64,000 nucleotides of DNA from Bacteroidales bacterium (GTDB taxonomy: Bacteria > Bacteroidota > Bacteroidia > Bacteroidales > VadinHA17), in the NCBI GenBank assembly GCA_003142255.1, contig PLLO01000011.1, forward strand, positions 612,134-676,133, in the 5' to 3' direction. Every line of letters begins with the position of its first letter. Within the stretch, counting starts at the first letter, position 1. Positions 58,184 through 64,000 of this stretch are shown piece by piece. A program made the translations under genes and the position numbers. Under the pieces are notes generated by a model. It was not told where the DNA came from, did not search any database, and saw nothing but the letters and a program-made list of their open reading frames with translations.

Positions 58184-60553
58184 ATGATACTATCCGACAG
58201 AGTAAAGAAGCTAAGAGACCAGAGTCTGAATGCCGCAGAGACACTCTCTCCGGAGCGTGCATTGCTGATTACTCAGTTCTACAAGAGTGATGAATCCCGT
58301 GGGCTATCAGCCCCGGTGATGAGGGCAAAGGCTTTCGAATATCTTCTGAGAAACAAGAAGTTATATGTAGGAGAAGGTGAACTTATTGTCGGAGAGAGAG
58401 GCCCTGCACCGAAAGAGACTCCGACTTATCCTGAGATAAGCCTGCATTCAATGCAGGACCTTGAAATTCTCAATTCAAGGGAAAAAGTGTCATTTACCGT
58501 TGATGATGATGTCAAAAGCATCTACGAAAAAGAGATAATCCCCTTCTGGAAAGGTAAGAGCAACCGCGACAGGTTCATGGATCTGATGACGACTGAATGG
58601 CATAATGCATATAATGCAGGGGTATTCACCGAATTCCAGGAACAGAGGGCGCCCGGTCATACTGTTCTCGGCTATAAGATGTTCAGCTCAGGATTCCTTA
58701 AGCTGAAAGAGGAAATTTCAAAGGCCGTTTCAGAATTGGATTATTTCACAGATCCACAGGCTTATGATAAGAATGAGGAACTCAAGGCAATGGACATCGC
58801 CTGCGATGCCATCATTATGTATGCAAACAGATATGCCAGTGAACTGGAGATGCTTGCAGCAACTGAAAAAGATACTGAAAGGAGGGGCGAGCTTCTCAAA
58901 ATGTCGGCAATTTGCCACAAGGTCCCGGCCAATGCTCCTGAGAGTGTTCATGAGATGCTTCAGCACTACTGGTTCATTCATCTTGGCGTCATTACAGAAC
59001 TGAACCCATGGGATTCATTCAATCCGGGAAGGCTCGACCAGCACCTTTACCGGGTTTACAGGAAACAGAAGGAAGAAGGATCGCTGAATGAAAAGGAATT
59101 ATTTGACCTTCTTGGCTGTTTCTGGGTGAAATTCAACAATCATCCGTCACCTCCAAAGATGGGAGTGACTGCCTCAGAGAGCAGCACCTATACTGATTTC
59201 TGCCTTATCAACCTCGGTGGTGTTAAAGCCGATGGTAGGGATGGTGTCAATGAAATGACCTATATCCTCCTTGATGTTATCAGGGAGATGAGGCTGCTTC
59301 AACCCAGCTCAATGATTCAGATTAGCAGGAAGAACCCCGACAGGTTCATTCATAAAGCGCTGGATATCATCCGTACAGGATTCGGACAGCCTTCCTGCTT
59401 TAACACTGAGGCAATTGTCCAGGAGCTCCTGAGCCAGGGGAAAAATATCGTAGATGCCCGTAACGGAGGCGCCTCCGGATGTGTTGAAACAGGTGCATTT
59501 GGTACAGAGGCTTACTGGCTCACCGGATATTTCAACCTTATAAAAGCGCTGGAACTCGCTCTCAACAACGGCTTTGATAAAAGAACAAACACCAGGGTAG
59601 GCTTAGAGACTGGCTACGCACATGACTATAAGACATTTGAAGATCTTCTCGAAGCATTCAAAATGCAGATCAATTATCTGATTGACATAAAGATAAGAGG
59701 GAATAATGTTATAATGAAGACATTTGCTGAATGGCTGCCGGTTCCGTTCCTATCGCTGCTTGTTGAAGATTGCATTTCATCCGGGAAAGATTATAACAGT
59801 GGCGGTGCAAGATATAATACAAGCTACATTCAGGGAGTAGGTCTGGGGAGCCTGACTGATATACTTACTTCAATCAGGTACAATATTTATGACAATAAGA
59901 ATTTTACGTGGGATGAACTGATAAAAGCGACAGATATCGATTTTAAAGGTTTTGAGCAGATGCAGCACGACCTGATATATGATACCCCAAAATATGGCAA
60001 TGATGATGATTATGCTGATCAGCATGCTGTGGCAATTTTTGAAATATATTACGATGCTGTGAACGGGAGGCCGGATTCGCGGGGAGGGATTCACAGGATA
60101 AATATGCTTCCTACCACTTCGCATGTATATTTTGGCAGTGTGATAGGAGCGACACCGGACGGACGCAAGGCATTCAAGCCTTTGTCAGAAGGCATATCAC
60201 CCAGCCAGGGCGTCGATAAGCAAGGTCCGACATCAGTGATTAAATCGGCTTCAAAAATAGATCACCTGCGTACCGGCGGGACCCTTCTGAATCAGAAATT
60301 TGCCCCTCAGTTCTTTGAGGATGAGGATAGCTATAACTGTCTTACTGCCCTGATACGCAGCTACTTTGCCCTTGACGGCCACCACATTCAGTTTAATGTA
60401 GTGAATGCCGATACTCTCAGGGATGCTCAGAAGCATCCGGAATTATACCGCGACCTTATAGTAAGAGTGGCAGGCTACAGTGATTACTTCAATGACCTGG
60501 GTGAGGATCTGCAGAACGAGATCATAATGAGAACGGAACACGAAGGAGCATGA
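58184..60553 (+). CDS. hypD: Glycyl-radical enzyme of the dehydratase/eliminase class, most similar in pattern to trans-4-hydroxy-L-proline dehydratase (HypD)
   Basis: 789-aa ORF with the glycyl-radical motif LIVRVAGYSDYF (Gly764) and the Cys loop GGASGCVETG (Cys433/Glu435). His159, Asp277, Ser333, Phe339, Tyr449 and Thr644 all sit one position before the HypD residues I recall from the C. difficile enzyme (H160, D278, S334, F340, C434, E436, Y450, T645, G765; 789 aa). The subfamily call needs an alignment. Confidence 0.65.
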   Translation: MILSDRVKKLRDQSLNAAETLSPERALLITQFYKSDESRGLSAPVMRAKAFEYLLRNKKLYVGEGELIVGERGPAPKETPTYPEISLHSMQDLEILNSREKVSFTVDDDVKSIYEKEIIPFWKGKSNRDRFMDLMTTEWHNAYNAGVFTEFQEQRAPGHTVLGYKMFSSGFLKLKEEISKAVSELDYFTDPQAYDKNEELKAMDIACDAIIMYANRYASELEMLAATEKDTERRGELLKMSAICHKVPANAPESVHEMLQHYWFIHLGVITELNPWDSFNPGRLDQHLYRVYRKQKEEGSLNEKELFDLLGCFWVKFNNHPSPPKMGVTASESSTYTDFCLINLGGVKADGRDGVNEMTYILLDVIREMRLLQPSSMIQISRKNPDRFIHKALDIIRTGFGQPSCFNTEAIVQELLSQGKNIVDARNGGASGCVETGAFGTEAYWLTGYFNLIKALELALNNGFDKRTNTRVGLETGYAHDYKTFEDLLEAFKMQINYLIDIKIRGNNVIMKTFAEWLPVPFLSLLVEDCISSGKDYNSGGARYNTSYIQGVGLGSLTDILTSIRYNIYDNKNFTWDELIKATDIDFKGFEQMQHDLIYDTPKYGNDDDYADQHAVAIFEIYYDAVNGRPDSRGGIHRINMLPTTSHVYFGSVIGATPDGRKAFKPLSEGISPSQGVDKQGPTSVIKSASKIDHLRTGGTLLNQKFAPQFFEDEDSYNCLTALIRSYFALDGHHIQFNVVNADTLRDAQKHPELYRDLIVRVAGYSDYFNDLGEDLQNEIIMRTEHEGA

Positions 60554-60560
60554 ACTCATC

Positions 60561-60611
60561 CCCCCGCCCCCCTTCTCTGCGTCGCAAAGAAGGGGGAAAA
60601 GAAAGGGGGTG
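60561..60611. repeat. Short copy of the C5/G5 element: cccccgcccccc-hairpin-gggggaaaagaaagggggtg
   Basis: Hairpin cccccttctctgc-gtc-gcaaagaaggggg, then gggggaaaagaaagggggt. That repeat matches 57072-57092 (gggggaaacaagaaagggggt) apart from a 2-nt indel. Confidence 0.7.
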
Positions 60612-60627
60612 AGTACATTAAGTCCCT

Positions 60628-61587
60628 CTATAGCTTTTTCTTGTCTTTTGTTTCATTAAATACGGAAGTCGCCGTAGCAACAATTCCTGCGATATCGGAC
60701 AAGTTGGAAGGCAATATCATGGTATTATTTGTTTTTGCGAGACCGGCAAAAGCTATAAGATACTGTTCAGCAATCCTAAGGTTTACAGCATTTAATCCAT
60801 TTTCCTCAGAGATTGCCAACGATATGGCTCTCAATCCGTTAGCAGTTGCAACGGCAACCTGTTCGATCTCAGAGGCACGGCCTGCGGCTTCGTTGATACG
60901 CCTTTGTTTTTCGCCTTCCGATTTCAGAATGAATTCCTGTTTATCACCATCAGCATTATTTATCTTGGCCTGTCTTGTTCCTTCCGATTCAGCAATGACA
61001 GCTCTTTTCTCCCTTTCAGCCCTCATTTGTTTTTCCATTGCATCTTTAATGCTCTGTGGCGGAGAAATATTTTTAACCTCATAGCGTGTTACTTTTACAC
61101 CCCAGGGTTCACTGGCTTTATCGACTGCATCAACAATAGAGACGTTAATCGTTTCGCGTTCTTCAAATGTTTTGTCAAGCTCAAGCTTACCTATTACGCT
61201 TCTCATTGTGGTCTGAGCTATCTGAATGGATGCAAAGCGGTAATTATCAATTCCATATGAAGCTTTTTGAGGGTCCAGAACCTGCAGGTAGAGAATTCCG
61301 TCAACCTCGACAGCGATATTATCGCGGGTTATACAAATCTGCGGGGCAACGTCGATTGCCTGTTCTTTAAGAGTGTGCCTGTACCTTATTTTATCGAAAA
61401 AAGGAATAAGAATCTGGAAACCTGCGGTAAATGTAGCCCTGTACTTACCGAGCCTTTCAACGATTATTGCTGTTCGCTGAGGAACAACTTTTATCATGGA
61501 GGCTATGAGGATGAATCCCAGAAAGATTACACCCACAAGAATGAAAGTAGAACTTGATCCTGCCATTTTATTTGTTTTTTGGTTCAA
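60628..61587 (-). CDS. SPFH/band-7 (stomatin/slipin-like) membrane protein
   Basis: 319-aa ORF with an N-terminal TM helix, an SPFH core (VPQRTAIIVERLGKY...) and a C-terminal coiled coil rich in E/R/A. Confidence 0.88.
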   Translation of the reverse strand: MNQKTNKMAGSSSTFILVGVIFLGFILIASMIKVVPQRTAIIVERLGKYRATFTAGFQILIPFFDKIRYRHTLKEQAIDVAPQICITRDNIAVEVDGILYLQVLDPQKASYGIDNYRFASIQIAQTTMRSVIGKLELDKTFEERETINVSIVDAVDKASEPWGVKVTRYEVKNISPPQSIKDAMEKQMRAEREKRAVIAESEGTRQAKINNADGDKQEFILKSEGEKQRRINEAAGRASEIEQVAVATANGLRAISLAISEENGLNAVNLRIAEQYLIAFAGLAKTNNTMILPSNLSDIAGIVATATSVFNETKDKKKL

Positions 61588-62026
61588 CTATTAATTTAAA
61601 ACTCTCTTTTTCAATAATAATCACCGTCTGACCTTTTTTAATGTCAGATTGTGATTCGGCGTTCCATGTGGTGCCCTTAAACTCGACTTTACCCTTCTTT
61701 TCAGAACTGAAATTAGCTGCTGCGATTGCTTCCTTTCCTGTAAATTCGTCTTCAACTGCACTCGAATGGTCTACCTTACTGTAGAAAAATTTCCTCTGGA
61801 TAATCTTTCTTAAAGCGATCAGGGATAGGACGGACGTTACAGCAAAAATGATGATCTGCAGGTTTATTGACGGAGGATTTGGCAAAAGACATAGCAGAGC
61901 TGTGATCCATGCTCCCACTCCGAAGAAAAATATAATAAACCCGGGTAATACAAGTTCAAGCAGGAATAATGCAAGTCCTATTATAAACCATATTACTTCA
62001 GGTTTCGAAAAAACAGATGTGCCCAT
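61568..62026 (-). CDS. NfeD-family membrane protein (partner of SPFH protein)
   Basis: The ATG at 62026 (MGTSVFSKPEV) is preferred over the track start at 62092. It has three TM helices and a C-terminal OB-fold-like soluble domain (GKVEFKGTTWNAES...GQTVIIIE). It overlaps the SPFH gene start by 20 nt. Confidence 0.8.
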   Translation of the reverse strand: MGTSVFSKPEVIWFIIGLALFLLELVLPGFIIFFFGVGAWITALLCLLPNPPSINLQIIIFAVTSVLSLIALRKIIQRKFFYSKVDHSSAVEDEFTGKEAIAAANFSSEKKGKVEFKGTTWNAESQSDIKKGQTVIIIEKESFKLIVEPKNK

Positions 62027-62261
62027 GGTTACGTGTTTTGGTTGTGGATTAATTGTATTAGTTAAGTAAAGATAATCAAATAAAATTTTCAAGGTTCAAT
62101 AATTATTTGTAATTTATATGGTCTTAAATTCCTGCAGAATTGAGCTGGGTCCAAAAGATTCCAGGCTGTAGCCTGCGCAGGATAAGTAGTTCATTTACAG
62201 GCATTAAAAGGTAATGTTTACATTATCAATCTTTGAACGATAAGGAAAGGAGAGATGGAAG

Positions 62262-62984
62262 ATGGATAAATTCTTTGATTATTTTGACAGCAGGCATCGT
62301 GAATCGATGCTGAAAAAGCCTTCGGGTGAAGATGGCCCGGTAATAACAATTTCACGCCAGACAGGATGTGATGCCCGCCAGGTTGCTGAGAACATTGTGG
62401 ATGCTCTCAACAAGAAGTCAGGTTCTTCAAAATGGAAATGGGTCGACAAGGATATTATCTATGCTATTGCCAAAGAATTGAATACTGATACCCAACGGGT
62501 CGAAAATTTCTATAAGGGAATTGAACTCTCGAATATGTCGGAGATGATTATGGCGTTCTCAGGCGGGTTCGTAAGCGACCTCCGTGTTAAAAAAGCTATT
62601 AAGGATGTTATTCTTTCGATATCCAAGGAGGGCTATATTGTTCTGGTTGGAAGAGGAGGAGTTTCAATAGCTCACGATATTCCTGACTCATTGCATATCA
62701 GACTTATAGCGCCATTTTACTGGAGGGTGGAAAATGTAATGAAGAAGAAGACAATTGATATTGAGGCAGCTGAAGAGTTTGTGGTTGATACCGATGAAAA
62801 GAGATTTAACCTTATTACCACCTTTCTCAATAAGAAACAGCTTAATATCGATTATCTGTTCGACTCTACGATCAACCGACAGTCATTCAGTATAGCCGAA
62901 ACAACTGACCTTATCGTTGCTATGTATGAAAAGAAGATCGGAAGACAGATCTCTGAGCGAAAGCAGAAGTCGGCGATTTTCTGA
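62262..62984 (+). CDS. Cytidylate-kinase-like family (Cytidylate_kin2) protein
   Basis: 240-aa ORF. VITISRQTGCDARQVAE sits at the position of the degenerate P-loop typical of this family. RLIAP...R pattern downstream. Confidence 0.6.
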   Translation: MDKFFDYFDSRHRESMLKKPSGEDGPVITISRQTGCDARQVAENIVDALNKKSGSSKWKWVDKDIIYAIAKELNTDTQRVENFYKGIELSNMSEMIMAFSGGFVSDLRVKKAIKDVILSISKEGYIVLVGRGGVSIAHDIPDSLHIRLIAPFYWRVENVMKKKTIDIEAAEEFVVDTDEKRFNLITTFLNKKQLNIDYLFDSTINRQSFSIAETTDLIVAMYEKKIGRQISERKQKSAIF

Positions 62985-62991
62985 AATAAAC

Positions 62992-63026
62992 ATTGTAGAG
63001 GCAGGTCTGAGACCTGCCTCTACAAT
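62992..63026. terminator. Perfect 16-bp stem / 3-nt loop hairpin after the + strand gene
   Basis: attgtagaggcaggtc-tga-gacctgcctctacaat, 8 nt after the stop codon. No U-tract; the role is inferred from its position between convergent genes. Confidence 0.5.
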
Positions 63027-63108
63027 GACCTGCCTCTACAATGACCTGCCTCTACAATGACCTGCCTCTACAATGACCTGCCTCTATAATGACCTTCTTC
63101 TACAATGT
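63013..63108. repeat. Tandem repeat, 16-nt unit cctgcctctacaatga x 6 (last two copies diverged)
   Basis: Units at 63013, 63029, 63045, 63061, 63077 (one substitution) and 63093 (two substitutions). The first unit is the 3' arm of the hairpin at 62992-63026. The array ends at the stop codon of the minus-strand gene. Confidence 0.9.
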
Positions 63109-64000
63109 TTAAATACACAATTCTCCTATCTTTTTAATATGATCGCTGAGCCTCCTGTCGAGGCTTTTCCTATAGGCATCCCAATCAGTTATCGGGAATT
63201 TGGCAACGCCGGTCTCTATTGCAGCCTTTGCCACGGCAACAGCGACTGTTGATATAAGCCTGGGGTCAACCGGTTTTGGAATGATATAATCTTTTCCGAA
63301 AGTAAGTTTTTCGATATTATAAGCTTTGAGAACCGATGCCGGAACGGGTTCCTTGGCAAGAGCTGCAAGAGCTTTCGAAGCAGCCAGCTTCATCTCTTCA
63401 TTTATCGCCGAAGCCCTGACATCAAGGGCACCGCGGAAGATGAACGGGAATCCGAGGACGTTATTTATCTGGTTCGGATAGTCGGACCTTCCGGTAGCGA
63501 ATATAAGGTCGTTTCTGGTTGCCATTGCATCTTCGAAGGTGATCTCGGGATTCGGGTTAGCCATTGCAAAAACGATCGGTTCCGGAGCCATGGACGCAAG
63601 CATCTCCTTTGTCATCATATTGGCAGCAGATAACCCCAGGAACATATCAGCCCCCTTAACAGCCTGAGCCAGCTTATCAATATCCCTGCTGGTTACAAAC
63701 TCCTGTTTATATTTATTGAGGTCCTTGCGTTTGGTGTTGATGACTCCCTTGGTATCTACCATAACTATGTTTTCCCTTTTTACACCGAGAGAAACGTAAA
63801 GCCTCGAGCATGATATAGCTGCTGCTCCGGCGCCGCACACTACCAGTTTCACTTCGCCGATCTTTTTGCCTGTTATCTCAAGGGCATTAAGCAATCCTGC
63901 TCCTGAAATAATAGCTGTTCCATGCTGGTCATCATGAAATACCGGGATATCGAGCATTGCTTTCAGCCGTGTTTCAACTTCGAAGCATTCAGGTGATTTT
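63109..64000 (-). CDS. NAD(P)-dependent malic enzyme, C-terminal part (N-terminus outside window); short form without PTA-like domain
   Basis: The frame stays open past the track Met to nt 64000 (...[29 protein letters not shown]). Also present is the NAD-binding GAGAAAISC. The protein ends ~280 aa after the DQHGTA motif, so there is no phosphotransacetylase-like extension. Confidence 0.85.
   Translation of the reverse strand, partial: KSPECFEVETRLKAMLDIPVFHDDQHGTAIISGAGLLNALEITGKKIGEVKLVVCGAGAAAISCSRLYVSLGVKRENIVMVDTKGVINTKRKDLNKYKQEFVTSRDIDKLAQAVKGADMFLGLSAANMMTKEMLASMAPEPIVFAMANPNPEITFEDAMATRNDLIFATGRSDYPNQINNVLGFPFIFRGALDVRASAINEEMKLAASKALAALAKEPVPASVLKAYNIEKLTFGKDYIIPKPVDPRLISTVAVAVAKAAIETGVAKFPITDWDAYRKSLDRRLSDHIKKIGELCI

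Noticed and set aside
60628-62984. SPFH/NfeD pair plus cytidylate-kinase-like gene as a possible defence or stress module
   Set aside because: SPFH-NfeD is a ubiquitous housekeeping membrane-microdomain pair. The kinase-like gene is on the opposite strand with its own intergenic region. No nuclease, helicase, toxin or other defence hallmark is nearby.
63013-63108. Possible CRISPR array
   Set aside because: The 16-nt units are directly abutting with no unique spacers, the unit is too short for a CRISPR repeat, and no cas genes are present.

Overview
AT-rich chromosomal segment that looks like Bacteroidota. The evidence is TTTG/TAnnTTTG promoter boxes, PorT, a lipidated Omp85 (TamL-like), an S46 dipeptidyl-peptidase, DUF3467 after rpoC, and the gene order rpsU-xer-hpf-tRNAs-tuf. 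The core (19.9-34.9 kb) is the conserved translation/transcription cluster: rpsU, a Xer-type recombinase, hpf, tRNA-Thr/Tyr/Gly/Thr, tuf, tRNA-Trp, secE, nusG, rplKAJL, rpoB, rpoC. The left flank (0-19.7 kb) holds envelope and redox housekeeping genes: a GT2 plus GT-C/TPR glycosylation pair, a 969-aa M28-peptidase fusion, DUF1080, nitroreductase, Ldh_2, SDR, ubiE, porT and Omp85. The right flank (35-64 kb) mixes housekeeping genes (kdsC, UbiA-family, maf, S46 peptidase, pdxB) with accessory-looking loci. These are a 1418-aa double-activase/dehydratase-like fusion, an internally duplicated lipoprotein, an orphan ABC membrane domain, and a Crp/Fnr regulator divergent from a 4Fe-4S protein across a perfect 26-bp dyad. 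The right flank also holds two sensor kinases with one response regulator, an outer-membrane-protein gene remnant, a two-gene glycyl-radical-enzyme cassette, an SPFH/NfeD pair, and a truncated malic enzyme gene. The cassette pairs a HypD-like enzyme with a compact activase. I found no CRISPR array, transposase, prophage or recognisable defence system. The most unusual signal is non-coding. A GC-rich multi-hairpin element sits in the 720-bp gap upstream of the glycyl-radical cassette, and a related short copy lies just downstream, so near-identical G5-A-rich-G5 repeats bracket the cassette. Several other short-period and palindromic intergenic repeat families are present. All functional calls rest on motif recognition by eye; no database search was run.
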